Shown one piece after another: positions 35,651-49,357 of a stretch of DNA of 64,000 bases. The stretch's first letter is position 1, and every line of letters starts with the position of its first letter. The DNA is from Somniosus microcephalus (taxonomy: Eukaryota), in the NCBI GenBank assembly GCA_052327205.1, contig CM126211.1:178870001-178934000 (forward strand). The letters run 5' to 3'. Position numbers and translations under genes: made by a program. Below the pieces are notes generated by a model that saw only the letters and a program-made list of their open reading frames with translations, did not search any database and was not told the DNA's origin.

Positions 35651-37784
35651 CCACCGCTACCTCCCGATCTGTTTGCTCCTCATCCTGACCCAATTTCCCC
35701 CCCCTCTTCCCAACCTGATCGCTCCTCTTTCAGGTCCTGGTCGCCCCTCTTTCTGGTCGGCCCCATAATCATTCAACTGGCGGCAGCTGTTGGTGTTGCA
35801 GCAACCCAATCTTGTATCCCGCTTCACCAACGATTTGCCTGTTACTGTCCACAGTTTGCCCGCTTGGTGGAAATAAGGCCCGAGGCCCAGTATCAAGTGC
35901 TTTCTGCCTGCCCCACCGCACGCTCAGAACTGGTCGCGCCTGAATTTCTAGGCCAGCCTAGATTTCAGACCAAGATTTTCTTCAAGGCTTATTATTTGTA
36001 TTTAGAAAATATTACTCTGCTTTATCCCCTTGTGATAAAATGCGTGCAGTTTGAAAAATCTATTTATTTTCCGACAGCTGATAGCCTCGTGTGAAGCTGG
36101 GGCATCAATATCAAATTACAGAAAGCCTGGACCTTGAGGTAGGCTATTTAAAATGCAGTTATATTGTCACTTTCATGTCAGTATGCAAAGCTACACATTG
36201 AAGGCAAAGTGGCAGTACAACTCCAGAGTCAAGTCGTGATGTGACTTTGGAATGACTTAAAGTCAAACGATGCAAGACCCCCTTGGGGGAAGTCATCTCA
36301 CCTCCTGCAGAATTTAACTGCAATTAAGCTCAAATATAGATCATAAACCAATCCATTTTAAGGCCCCTTTGGGTTTGACTTACAGTTTGTTGCCAAACAA
36401 GTGATATTTGGTTGTTGCAAATGAAACAAGCGAGCTGTGCAAGAAAGTGTATTTTATAATCTTTCAAGTCTTTCTGCAGGACAGATCATTTCATAAACTA
36501 TAATTCTGAGTGACGCTGCATCTACACTTTTCAAAAGTCTGTTTAAGTGCTATCCACTCTGTGCTCTACTTTCAATAATGGTTTGTTTATAGTCACCTCC
36601 ATTTCTGAAATCAAGGGGAAAAAAATAATTAATTAGCAGTTGGATAGTTTATTATCAGACGGTTCGAGCTGGAAACGCCAACCCATCCTACATATGCCCT
36701 GAATAAGACCCTTTAAGAAACCCCTCACGCCCCAAATAGTTGTTGCTTTCTATTTGAAGCTGACTTGTTCTCTAAATTGTAAAGCAAATTTACAAAATCT
36801 GTGAATGGTGCTTAGTGTGAGACTGTTAACTGTTCTATCAACCACGAGAGCGATAGGAACCTCAGAGATATATTCCTTGAGTAATAAGACGTAAAAGGAA
36901 ACACTTCACAAAGGGTCGTCTCCTACCAAATAAAAAACACATCCTGTGGAAAGGGTGCACCTTTATAACCTTATCTTTATAACAAAGGACTTCAGTCTCA
37001 AGTAAAATCACATCCCTCTTGGAAATCATCTGTCCCAACCAATTATTTTCATTCCTCTTGACCATAAACAGAAGATTGAACTCTTACTTGCCACATTTAA
37101 ATTGGTTTTTAAAATTGATGATTAGTCAACAGTTATAAATCACTGTTATGTGAAAATACTTCAGTGATTTGATGCAGTGGGGGAGGTGGGATATAGAAAA
37201 GAAAGCAATGGTGACTTGATAAGCTTGAACTTCACCAAATTCCGCAGTCTATCCGCTGAGTTCTCGTCAAGATTTGCTCAAAATCAGGCTTGGGCACAAT
37301 AAATGTGGCCAAAAGAGCTTTCCATGCACATGCAATATATTTGTTCACTCATTCATTAATGACGCTGATAAATGTGAAGCAAACAATCATCAAGTTAATC
37401 TATTTAGTAAAATATTTTAAGACTAGCAGTCTATGTTATGAAGGTAGTGTTTGTTGTCCATGTGCTAATTCAAATATGCTATCCTTATGCGTGCTTTTCA
37501 GTGCCAAATGACAACATTCTTGCAAATATAATTTATTATAAATGTGCTTTTAATGGGTTTAGTTCACATTGCCAGCTGTTTTGTGCTATTTGGTAAGCAC
37601 AAAACAACTCTGGATGGATGGGAAGCTAGCTACAATTATTTTAAGTCACTGAGGCTAAGCTATATTTCCTGTAAACTATTCGCTTGTTTGACACAAAGAA
37701 AAGATTTTCGCCAGAAAGAATAAAAGCTGAAAGTCCAACAGGTAGTATGTTCTTCATTTATTGTGAAGGAAAAGGCCATTAGGA

Positions 37785-37960
37785 TGGTAAAACTCAATTT
37801 CTGCAGGGGAGGAAAATGGGCGGGAGCTGATCGGCTGTCCGTCATACACTCTGCCCGAATTTCAATGAAGTCAGTGGAATGGAAAATCGAGCAGGCTGTA
37901 TATTGGGCGGCCGATTTATTACTGCCCATTTTATGCCCCTGCCAAAGTTGAATTTTACGG
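37785..37960. mobile_element. Old short MITE-like element
   Basis: Imperfect inverted ends GGTAAAACTCAATTT / AAGTTGAATTTTAC; a related sequence lies at ~45236-45410. Confidence 0.4.
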
Positions 37961-38049
37961 CTTACCTTACCTTTCTATGTTGTTTGATGAGTCCTTGTAT
38001 TCAAGACTCATCAAACCGCTTTTGTGAGCAGAAATTAGATGGTTGTTGC

Positions 38050-38557
38050 ATTGGAGAATGCAGCAGCCATCTGTCATTTCTGCCGGTGAGATGCGAGACT
38101 CTCCGCATCCCCAACTGTTGAAGCCTGCAGGAAAAAACAAAGGTAAGTAAACATTTTTCTATCACTTTTCACTCACCTCACATACTTACCTCTCCACACT
38201 TGCACCCATCACTTACCTTCACAGCGCACTTTTCCACCCCTCCGACCACCGCAGACCCACTGCTCGCCTCGGTGACCCTGGCAGGGTTTCCTGATGTCGG
38301 GAAGCCCGCACCTCTGTTGGAAAAATGAGGATAATCCTTCTAACTGCCTGTTAACTACCTGTTAACAGGCAGTTAAGTGGCTGTAATCCCCTTCCCACCT
38401 CTAGGAGATGGGACCTGGCGCGGGTCGGCTACCTGCCTCCTGGGAAGATGGCACGGAGGCGGTTTGGGGGCGGGATGGGCACCCGCCCCAGATTCTGCCA
38501 TTTTACCAGCAGTCCCACCTCCAAACCCGCCTCCCCAGGGCTGGCAAGATCGCGCCC
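38050..38557. mobile_element. Partial Harbinger-type element, inverted relative to 39058-39914
   Basis: Shares the GGGTTTCC..GTCGGGAAGCC and TTAACTGCCTGTTAAC segments with 39058-39914; terminus GGCAAGATCGCGCCC. Confidence 0.5.
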
Positions 38558-38559
38558 AT

Positions 38560-40790
38560 CAGTTGTCGGGAAAATGCTACAATCCATTGCTAAGGAAGTG
38601 GTAACAGGGCACTTAGAAAATCATAATATGATTAAGCAGAGCCAACATGGTTTTATGAAAAGGAAATTGTGTTTGACAAATTTATTAGAGTTTTTGAGGA
38701 TGTAACTAGCAGCGTAGATAAAGGGGAACCAGCGGATTTAGTATATTTAGATTTCCAAAAAGCATTTGATAAGATGCCATGTAAAAGGTTATTACACAAG
38801 ATAAGGGCTCATGGGTTTGGGGGTAATATAGTAGCATGGATAGAGGATTGGTTAACGGACAGAAAACAAAGAGTCTTAAACGGGTCTTTTTCAGGTTGGC
38901 AGGCTGTAACTAGTGGGGTGCCGCAATAATCAGTGCTGGGGCCTCAGCTATTTATAATCTATATTAATGACCTAGATGAAGGGACTGAGTGTAATGTATC
39001 CAAGTTTGCTGATGATACAAAGCTAAGTGGGACAGTAAGCTGTGAGGAGAAGACAAAGGGGGCGATTTTGCCAGCGCTCAGGGGTCGGGTTTGGAGGCAG
39101 GATTGCTAGCAAAATCAAAAAGATTGGCAGCGGGTCCCGAATCTGCTTTCAACCTGCCTCCAATCAATCTTCCTGGGAGTCGGGTCCCCGATTTGCGCAG
39201 AGACCTGACTCCTAGCAGCGGAAAGAGGATTATAGCCACTTAACTGCTTGTTAACAGGCAGTTAACAGGCTTTTTCCAATTTTGACACTTCTACTGCAGG
39301 CTTCCCGACGTCGGGAAACCCCGCCAGGGTAAGTATGGCGTGCTGTGGGTCTGCTGTAATGTTTGTGTATAGATGACAGCTGCAGAAGTGGTGCGAAGGA
39401 TCCAATGGGACACAGGTGAGTTGCAGAGGTAAGAAAATGTTGGGAAAGTCATTTTTAAAGTGTTTAGAATTTTCTGTACGTGACAAGCTTTGAAGTGTTT
39501 CTGTAGTCCCACCTGATTAGGAGAACTTCTCTCACCAGTGACAGATCGCTTCTGTAACCTCACTGCAGCTGTCATCTGTTTTAGCCTAAGGAGAGAATCA
39601 CTGGAGAGCCTGGGTAAAAGGGCTCACCTTTGTACAGTGTTTGCAGCACCTCAATGCTGTCAAACACTGAAAAAATCAACTGTCAAAAAGAAATGGTGGT
39701 GGCCCCTTTAAAAAAACTGGCAGATGACGCGTCATCAACTGATGTCATCTGACACCGGCTTTCTCTTAATTGGCTGGCAAGTTTGCAGGGAGGGCTTAAC
39801 GAGGCCAATTGATGCAAAATAGTGTCTGTGTGTCGGACGTCGCTGGGGACGGGACTAGAACCCGAAAGGCAGCAGTCCCGCTCCCAACGCGCCTCTTCAG
39901 GTAAGATCCCAGCCAAAAAGTCTGCAAAGGGATATAGATAGACTAAGTGAGTGGGCAGTAAGGTGGCAAATGGAGTATAATGTAGGGAAATGTGAGGTTA
40001 TTCACTTTGGTAGGAAGAATAGAAAAACAGAATATTTTTTAAATGGTGAGAAACTTTCAAATGTTGGTGTTCAGAGAGATTTGGGTGTCCTCGTACAAGA
40101 AACACAGAAAGCTAGCTTGTAGGTACAGCAAGCAATTAGGAAGGCAAATGGCATGTTGGCCTTTATTGCAAGGGGGTTGGAGTATAAGAGTAAGGAAGTC
40201 TTGCTACAATTTACAGGGCCTTGGTGCGACCACACCTGGAGTACTGTGCAAAGTTTTGGTCTCCTTATCTAAGGAAGGATATACTTGCCTTGGAGGCGGT
40301 GCAACGAAGGTTCACGAGATTGATTCCTGGGATGAGAGGGCTGTCCTATGATGAGAGATTGTGTAGAATGGGCCTATATTCTCTGGAGTTTAGAAGAATG
40401 AGAGGTGATCTCATTGAAACATACAAGATTCTGAAGGGGATTGACAGGGTAGATGCTGACAGGTTGTTTCCCCTGGCTGGAGTGTCTAGAACTAGGGGGC
40501 ATAGCCTTAGGATAAGGGGTAGGCCATTTAAGACTGAGATGAGGAAGAATTTCTTCACTCAGAGGGTTGTGAATCTTTGGAATTCTCTGCCCCAGAGGGC
40601 TGTGAATGCTGAGTCTTTGAGTATATTCAAGGCTGAGATAGATAGATTTTTGGACTCTAGGGGAATCAAGGGATATGGAGATCGGGCGGGAAAGTGGAGT
40701 TGAGGCAGAAGATCAGCCATGATCTCTTTGAATGGTGGAGCAGGCTCGAGGGTCCTATTCCTGCTCCTATTTCTTATGTTCTTATGTTCT
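38560..40790 (+). mobile_element. 5'-truncated CR1 LINE split by an insertion at 39058-39914
   Basis: [25 protein letters not shown], then LEYCAKFWSP..LWNSLP and the CR1 tail. Confidence 0.88.
39058..39914. mobile_element. Harbinger-type non-autonomous element inserted in the CR1 RT
   Basis: Ends GGGGGCGATTTT / AAGATCCCAGCC with AAA on both flanks; the CR1 sequence is continuous across the insertion. Confidence 0.65.
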
Positions 40791-40794
40791 TAAA

Positions 40795-41030
40795 GGAAAT
40801 AGTTTATCTCTATCTACCCTATCAAAATCCTTTAATCATCTTAAACACGTCAATTAGATCACACCTTAATCTTCTATACTCGAGGGAATACAAGCCGGTC
40901 CTCATAATTTAACCCTTTTAGCCCCAGTATCATTCTGGTGAATCTACGCTGCACCCCCTCCAAGGCCAGTATATCCTTCCCGAGGAGCGGTACCCAGAAC
41001 TGAATGCAATACTCCAGATGGGGTCTGGTC
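40795..41030 (-). mobile_element. CR1 fragment
   Basis: RPHLEYCIQFWVP..LEGVQRRFTRMI. Confidence 0.75.
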
Positions 41031-43289
41031 ACAGGGAAGTTACTCAACAGCAGTACAGTATTACTGGTTTCAATACTTGCGATTTTTCTCAACAATTTAT
41101 TACTGGGTACTTAATGATAAAACATTTTACAAAGTTGCTTTTTATAGTGACAAATGGGCATAATAGTTCAAAGTACGATGCCACATCACAAAGGTAATGT
41201 GTAAAACTACAACTTTATGATATATGACCATAGAAATGAGAAATAGCTAAACTGGTTTAATCACCATGTGATTGAGAGCTTTTCAAAGTGTTACAGACCA
41301 ATTATTTGGCATTTGAACTGTACCTGATATATTGGGAAAAGCCAGTTTGTAAGTTGAATAGTAATGGCTGCAAAGGACAACATGTAACAGTTGCATCTTT
41401 AGTGGGGCAGGTAAATCCTATAGCAGTACTATAATTCTGAATTGCATATCGGTTGGCATGTCTATTACTTTCTTTGTACATTTCTTTGGTCATGGTAAGT
41501 ATGTCTGAGCAAAGGATGTCAAACAGGTGCTTTCTTTAGCTGCACAATTAATTACTCATTAGCTTGTCATGCCAGTGAATGTTTTTCTGGCTCTATCCTT
41601 GAACAGACCATTTCCACTAGCAATGTGAAACATGAAACTGAAAGTAGAACATTTCTATACAGTAACACCTGGGTCATGAAAGGTGCTATATAAATGCAAG
41701 TTCAATATTACTTTCTTTCCTTCTTTCTTTCTTTAATTTGAATTTCAAGAATCTTTTATTTTCACCGACTCTTTAAGGAAAATGCAAACACTGGAATAGA
41801 CTGCGTTCACTTCTCAGCCACTTTCGCATTGCGCCAGACCTGTTCCGGTAACGCTAGGATCCCCAAGCTTGGATCTTGCACACCAAATGCAAAGCTGCCA
41901 GGACTCAACAAACCCACCCACCAGGAGGACCCATTGCAGCCAGCTGTGCAAGACTTGCACTTAGGGAACCAAACTGCACCAGCACCGTATAAAAGCTTTC
42001 TTTGATTTACACACATTACTCATTGATGAAGAACTTTCATGAACTCATACCTCCTCAGCAGGTATCAATGTTCTCTTCTTTCTCCCTCCCACCTCCCAAC
42101 AGGATTTCAGAATCAGGAAGGAGGTTCCTTACCTATTCTTGTACCAGGGCACTCTGGGGCCTTGTTATGCCACTGAATAGTTTCTCCTGCTCTTTACACT
42201 AAATCTCTTCCATTTAATCTTATATCTGTGTCTCCTTGTTCTAGACTTATTTTTCACTGGAATCTGTTTCTATGTATTCTGTCCCAGCTCTTCATAATTT
42301 CTAAAATGGCTATCAAATCACCCCATAATCTCCACTGTTCTAATGAAAACAACTTTATGATCCACCAGTATCTTTGGTGTTGGCAATTAGATGTCAGTTC
42401 TTATTATGTCATAAAGGGCTCTGGAATTATCTAAGCACAATATTTTCCTACTTTTGTTGAGGGTACTTGAGTATAATTTGCCTTAACAATTGGAATTTTG
42501 CTATCTTTTTCCATTACCAAGTAACTACAGTGCTTTGCACAAGTGTTCAAGTTGTTATATTGCCTGTCACCACAGACAGACTAATTCACACTGAATTTCC
42601 TTTCAAGCTTATAATTACTGCATATTTCTGTACAGACTGATGGTAGAATATATGCCAGGTCCAGATCAAGGTGGTATAATGAGCAGACGGGGTAAGCTTA
42701 ACATTTGCGCCATACATAAATGTGTTATGTTGTACAATCCAGAATGAAAAGGGCGAGTGTAGGAGTAAAAGTTAATTGCCAAATTCAGACTTTCTTCACA
42801 GTTTTATCCTAAAACAATGCTTTAATTAAGCGATGTTTGATCTTCATGTTTCCGGAAAGATACAGGTAGTCTGAGAGAAGTAATTAAGATGTTTCCACAA
42901 AAGTCTGAATAGAATAAGAAAATTTTAATTAATATTTGTGGAAAAGGTTAAGGGCAAATATGAGATAAATGTTAACGTAGTGAAGGCAATAAACAAGCTG
43001 CATGTTGTAGTGAGTTTTCAACGCTTGCTAAACTAATCATGCCATTATATCACTCATTGTTGTTACTGTAGTTAATGATTCATAGAAGGCTGTTGAGGTT
43101 AAACAAAATAAGATAACTGATGGTTCCATGTTGTTAAGCAAACTGTATCATAATAGTTCCATTTTTGAATACATTTTGATATAAGACAGTAAAGGAGATT
43201 TTTTTTTTAATTATTGAAAAATGAGGTGAAAGGCCAACATCACCAAAGTTGAAAGGAGATAAATCAACAAGAAGTGAACAGATAACATC

Positions 43290-44000
43290 AAGCCAATGCC
43301 AGTGATATTTGAATGTTCCATGTGCCTGTGCAGGATTGAGCTGACTGTGCCAACAACATATGGTCCACACATTTGAATATTCTTCTGGCACTCTGAGTGC
43401 GTGGCCCATGATGAGACAGGGGTGCCAGGGGGCTGGTATTTCGGATGACAGCGGAGCAGCTAAGAGCTGCTGACTGCCTATAGAGTACTGCCAGGATTTT
43501 CTGATATGGGATGGAGGACATGGTACAGTGGAGAAGAGGTGGGGTGGAGAAAGAGGTGGAGAATGCCAATGACCAAATGGATGAGAGTGGAAGGACATTT
43601 TGAGCCTCCTCTTCAGTGCCTGTTCCAAACGAGTAGAGTGCTCCTCAGGTGCTCCAGTGCATTATGGGGAGATCCCCCCCAAATTTTAAATTTTTTGGAG
43701 GCCTTAATGAGTCTTGTGCAAGATTGAGGCATATTCGGCACCTTGGCAACATTGCAGACCTCAGACCAATAATACACACAGTCCAATATGTCCAATGCAC
43801 TTCGTATTATCGCTCAGCGATCGGATTACAGAACACTGACAGACCCAACACATCTCCTTGATGTTGGCATAGCTACATGGAATAGATGTCCTCATCAAGT
43901 TCACAGTCCTGCATTTCTCTGGGTATATAAAGTGCAGAAGAAAGATTTGGGGTTTATCCAATATTTCATCAGTGGAGTAATATAGGCATTGTAGAAATTG
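43290..44000 (-). pseudogene. Very degenerate Harbinger (HARBI1-like) transposase remnant
   Basis: Weak, frame-switching similarity, e.g. HGTFKYHWHWLD versus the G-x-LK-x-R-F-x-x-LD motif. Confidence 0.35.
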
Positions 44001-44156
44001 ATTGTAGTAATGGTGATAGGTCTGCCTCAGCTGAATATTTTTAACTGAAGAACTTGTGCCTTAATACACCAGGACAATAACCCCCCAAAATATGTTACCT
44101 ATACCAACTGCTCAAAATTTCACCTATTTATTCTTCCCCTGAGCATCAGTTCTATT

Positions 44157-44635
44157 GAGTTTTCTTTTATTTGTTCCTGGGATGTGGGCGTTGCTGGCAA
44201 GGCAATGGTGAGCCACCTTCTTGAACTGCTGCAGTCCGTGTGGTGAAGATACTCCCACAGTACTGTTAGGGAGGGAGTTCCAGGATTTTGACCCAGCGAC
44301 GATGAAGGAACAGCAATATATTTCCAAGTCAGGATGGTGTGTGACTTGGAGGGGAACTTGGAGGTGGTGGTGTTCCCATGCGCCTGCTGCCCTTGTCCTT
44401 CTAGGTGGTAGAGGTCGCGAGTTTGGGAGGTGCTGCCGAAGAAGCCTTGGCGAGTTGCTGCTGTGCATCTTGTAGATGGTACACACTGCAGCCACAGTAC
44501 GCCAGTGGTGGAGGGTGTAAATGTTTAAGGTGGTGGATGGGGTGCCAATCAAGCGGGTTGCTTTGTCTTGGATGGTGTCGAGCTTATTGAGTGTTGTTGG
44601 AGCTGCACTCATCCAGGCAAGTGGAGAGTATTCCA
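44157..44635 (-). mobile_element. CR1-group LINE 3' fragment (second family)
   Basis: KLDTIQDKATRLIG..TIYKMH..SWNSLPNSTVGV; same family as 1737-2045. Confidence 0.85.
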
Positions 44636-45466
44636 GTAGGAGTAAAATGTTGGGAGCTAAGGTGTAGTAGTCTTATAAGTATTCTTTCCATTACTAATTG
44701 CAAAAGCTATAGAGAGATATGATGTAATAAATTAATACATAACATTTTGAGCTTGCATTACAAAGGAATTGCTGTAGCACTCAACACACACATAGTGCCC
44801 TAGTCTGTTCTACTGTGTTCAGTTCTATCACAAATCTCCTGACTATTTTCTACGTATGTGCCTGAGTGAGGACAGAAGGTCACAACTTGTTCTTCTGAAA
44901 ATATATAGGTGGAGGGAATCTCAACTTTCTAGAAGATTGTTTTTGTGTGGAAGAGGAAAATTTCGACACTTTTGTGCACCCTGTCAGAGGAATGTTCAAC
45001 CTGCGGCCCTAGAGTTATATGCGATCCACATTCCTTAGCAATCTGACCCTCAAATCCCAGGCAATTCAATCCTATGTATGCTTATGTTTATTGGTGTGCT
45101 TGGAGGTTTGGAAAGAGCTGTTTCTAGTGCTCTTGCCTTATGAGTGGATAAATCTTAAATCAGAATCCCAAGATCTCTTAGTACCAGCAACTTGAGATAT
45201 TTGCAAATTAATTGGAGCAGTCATTTATTTTTTGGGAGTAATTTTCAATTTCAGCAGTGCCAGAAAACTGGCATAGAGGTACGGCCACCCATTACACCCC
45301 TTGGCTGACTGAAGTCAGTGGAAAGTGAACTTGGTCGAAGTGCAAAATAGGCGGCCGATCCGCCACCCGCCCACCTACATTTTCTGCCACCGTTGAAAAT
45401 GAAAATGACTCCATCCCTTCCAAAGAATTTGCCTCTAAAAGGTATGAGTCAAATGTAAACGGATTT

Positions 45467-45788
45467 ACAACAACAACTTGTATTTATATATCGCCTTTAA
45501 CGTAGTAAAACGTCCCAAGTCGTTTCACAAGATCGTTATCAATCAAAATTTGCCACTGAGCCACATAAGGAGATATTAGGACAGGAGGAAGGTTTCAAGG
45601 AGCATCTTAAAGGAGGAAAGAGAGCTAGAGAGGCGGAGAGGTTTAGGGAGGGAATTCCAGAGCTTAGCACCTAGGCAGCAGATGATACGGCCACCAATGG
45701 TGAAGCAATTTAAATCGGAGCTGCGCAAGAGGCCAGAATTGGAGGAGCGCAGAGATCTCGGAGGATTGTAGGGCTGGAGAAAGTTACA
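45467..45788 (-). mobile_element. L2 LINE 3' fragment
   Basis: (GTT)n tail and sequence shared with 33603-34196; cut by the MITE at 45789. Confidence 0.8.
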
Positions 45789-46497
45789 GGCCTAGAAATT
45801 CAGTTAGCTGTGTCACCCGTTAGCGCCTTAAGAGGGCGCTAAGTGGGTCACAAGCCACTGGCCATGCCTCCCGCTAAATTCAGCAGGACGCTAATGGTGG
45901 CGCTAGCCGTTAGTGCTGCGCCACTACCGATGACGTCATTGGTGCGCGCAGCGCCCCGCTGACGCCCCGGCCACGATATTAGGAAGCGCCCACTGATTTA
46001 CCGCCGGACGCTATGTGCGACCAGTTCAGGGGGGCCTACCTGCGGCGGTAGAGGCACAAATTAAAGGAGCGGTGCGAGGCGGCCATTTTTGTTGTTGGTC
46101 GCCTGCCAGCACCTCTCTGCGCTCCTGTCCCCGGCCTCCTGACCCCGCCCCGCGCGGAGTGCCAGCTGCGTTTCAAGAGCCCGGCACTTCTCCTCAGTGC
46201 TGGGCTCTTCTGTCGGCACTCGCGATCCTCGGGGGCCCAGCTGGGCCCCAGATCGCGCCGAACAAGGCCCCTCCCCTTTAAGAAGGGGAGGAAGGCCTGC
46301 AGTACCGCAGCGCAACGTGCCGCAGCGTGTGGTGCTGCGGCATGTTGCGCGACGATATTCAGTTGCAGCGCCGCGCTTCCCTTTGGGGTGCTCCAACTGA
46401 ATTTCCGGCGGGTGGTCGCGAATGCTTCCGGGGCGCTACTTTTAGCGCCCTGGCGAGTCTGGCACCCATAAACGGGGCTATAGTCAATTTCTAGGCC
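45789..46497. mobile_element. GC-rich Harbinger-type MITE (709 bp)
   Basis: Perfect 12-bp TIRs GGCCTAGAAATT / AATTTCTAGGCC; 3-bp TSD ACA on both sides. Confidence 0.85.
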
Positions 46498-46679
46498 ACA
46501 GAGTTTTAAAAAGTTTTTTAATCCCTAGTCAAATCTACGTGCCCTGCAATAAGTAATAGCAGTCTGCTACCTCTGCTGGTGCAATTTACATACATAAGGA
46601 CAACATGCAGCTAACTATTATAGCAGTCGATGTAGAAACAGAAGTCATATTGTAGGGAATTTGGCAGGTTGTCTGGATA

Positions 46680-47320
46680 GAACAACAAGAATAATAACAG
46701 GAGCAACTTAGATTTATATAGCATCCTTAGCATAAGAAAAATGTCCCAAGGCGCTTCACAGAGGCGTAATGAAAGAAGTGGACATCGAGATAATGAAAGA
46801 GATATTAGGAGGGTCAAAGACATGGGTTATAAAGAGGACCGTAGAGGAGGAGAGAGAGGAGGAGGATGTTTAGGAGGGTATTGCATGGGACCTAGCTGGG
46901 CGAAGGCATGGTCGCCAATGGTGGCACAAAGGGAGGGAGAGATGCACAAGTGACAAGGTAAACAGAGGGGCATGATTGTACAGTGAATCAGGATCCAGAA
47001 TTAAGGAGGGATGAGGCCTTGAAGGGATTTAAGTACAAGGATGAAAATTTTTTAATTTATGTGTGGTTGGGGGACGGGGAGGGGGGTGGTGGTGGGGGTG
47101 GGGGTGGTGCGGGGGTGGCAGGAACCAATGTAGGTCAGTGGGACTTGGTGTGGAATAGGAGACAGGCAGTAGAGTTTTTGATAAACTTAGGTTTACGAAG
47201 GGTGGAAGATGGGATGGGGGCCAGGAGAGGATTGGAATAGTGAGTTTGTAGGTGATAAAGGCAAGCATGCGGATTTTAGCAGCATGTGAGCAGAGGTAGG
47301 GGTGGAGGCAGGCGATAAAA
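46680..47320 (-). mobile_element. Older L2 3' fragment
   Basis: AACAAC..TTATATAGC..GTCCCAAGGCGCTTCACA tail plus decayed similarity to the other L2 copies. Confidence 0.65.
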
Positions 47321-47753
47321 TAAATTGCAGTAAGTCAGGCGCTATTTCAATTATTCACTTTGATCTGCATGGCGAATTAAAAATTGCCTGCTGGAAACTG
47401 ACAGGTTTGGATTGTGCGCCAATTTTATACTCTGTCCAATTTTACTTTCCAGAATGGCCCTCTGACTCTTAACATAGTTATTGTTACCACAGCAATCCAC
47501 TATCTTCTTATGCCCTATTGGCTGTTTTGATAGCAGCTTTTGTTGCCTTTAGCTGACACATGATCTGGAGCAGAGCCCCTCCTGACCTGCCTAGGAACAT
47601 AGAAACAGAAGTAAGCCATTCAGCTGTTTGAGCTACTTTTAGTGGGGTCGTCGTCCAAGGGAGCACAAGGAGGCTTGGTCACCTACAAGCCATCCATTGG
47701 CATGATTTTATTCCCTGAAGAAGTCAAGGAGGGTTAAATTTCAGCGGATGAAT

Positions 47754-48525
47754 GGGCCTGAATTTGCTGGAGCAGGGTGTGGCCAGTTAGTTAGACTTTT
47801 TCCCGCACTGCTCAGCTCAACATTTTTTTACCCTGTAACTTGCTGGAAGTACAAGCTGATAATGGCATGACAAGGGCAACAGGGCATCTGGGACCTTGGT
47901 GAATGATGGGACCGACAGTGTATCTCCTTAACCAATGAGATTTAAGGACTGAGAAATAAACAGAGGAAGGACTGAGAAAGGCAGTGAATTAGACTGGGTG
48001 CATTCAATGTCAAATAAGGTGCAGAAAGAAGAATAAAGAGAGGGAAAGAAAGGTTGAATTAAGATAGGGGGGGAAAAAGACAGAAAGGAAAAGGAAGAAA
48101 AAAATTTAAAATTTAAAATTTGACATTTTTAAAATCTCCAATAACAATTTACTACCTGAAGGAATGAGACTCCACACTTTTAATTGTTCACTTTCCAGGC
48201 CAGAGAGGTTGATTGGCAGTTATTAACAATTATCACATTGTTAAAAGGGAACTTACGCTATTAGCTCTTAGACTTAACTTTCTGTGGCGAGTTTAATCGG
48301 CAATTAACGCATAAATGCAGCAACTTCACAAAACTAATGGGGAGGTTAAGGGTGAGATACCATTTTCACGAAACGAATGGTGGAGCGGCACAAATCGTCC
48401 AGAAACTTGTGGCGATTCATGGGGTATCTCTTCCTCGCTGCAAGTTGCTGGCCAATTTGCACATTAATACATTAATAGCGGCATGCGTCTTGCACACACT
48501 GTTATTTTTTCAGCAAATTCTGGCA
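47754..48525. mobile_element. Harbinger-type MITE
   Basis: Inverted ends GGGCCTGAATTTGCTG / CAGCAAATTCTGGC; AAT on both flanks. Confidence 0.6.
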
Positions 48526-48584
48526 AATTCCAGTATATTTAGCGTTAACATGTAGGACCCTTTGAATGTTGTCACACAACATTA

Positions 48585-49357
48585 TGTAGAGTTTAAAGAC
48601 AGAAACAGGCCATTCGGCCCAACTGGCCTATGGTGGCATTTATGCTCCACATGAACCTCCTTCCACCCCTCTTCATCTAACGCAAACAGCTATTCCTTCT
48701 TTTCCCTTCTCCCTCACGTGCTTATCTAGCTTGCCCTTAAATGTGTCTACGCTATTCGCCTCAACAACTCCATGTGGTAGCAAGTTCCACATTCTTACCA
48801 CTCTTAGGATAAAAAAGTTTTCCATGAATTCCTTATTGAATTTACTAGTGACTATCTTATATTTATGACCCCTAGTTTTGGTCTCTCCCACAAGTGGAAA
48901 CATTTTCTTTATATCTACCTTATCAAACACCTTCATAATTTTAAAGAACTCTATTAGGCCACCCCTCAGTCTTCTTTTTTCTAGAGAAAAAGCCCCAGCC
49001 TGTTTATCCTTTCCTGATAAGTATATCCTCTCAGTTCTGGTATCATCCTTATGAATCTTTTTTGCACCTTCTTCAGTGCCTCAATATCCTTTTTATAATA
49101 TGGAGACCAGAATTGTGCACAGTACACTAGGTGTGGTCTAACAAAGGTTCGTTACAAGTTTAACATCTCTGTTTTTTAATTCTATCCCTCTAGAAATAAA
49201 CCCCCGTTTGCTTTTTCTATGATCTTATTAACCTGCGTTGCTGCTTTTGGTGATTTATGTATCAGTACCCCTTGATCCCTTGACTCCTCCACCCTATTTA
49301 GTTTATTATTATCCAAGCAGTATGTGGCCTTCTTATTCTTCCTACCAAAATGTAACA
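48585..49357 (-). mobile_element. CR1 3' fragment
   Basis: KMFPLVGETKTRGHKYKI..RVVRMWNLLP..FKGKLDK. Confidence 0.8.

Larger units (their letters stand above)
32879..35954. mobile_element. Harbinger-type non-autonomous element, interrupted by a hAT and containing a minisatellite
   Basis: Termini GGCCTAGGAAT (32879) and AATTTCTAGGCC (35954), same TIR as 45789-46497; flanks AGT/AGC. Confidence 0.6.

Noticed and set aside
35950-37780. Repeat-poor stretch that might hold conserved enhancers or exons
   Set aside because: No ORF, splice pattern or motif can be supported without cross-species alignment.
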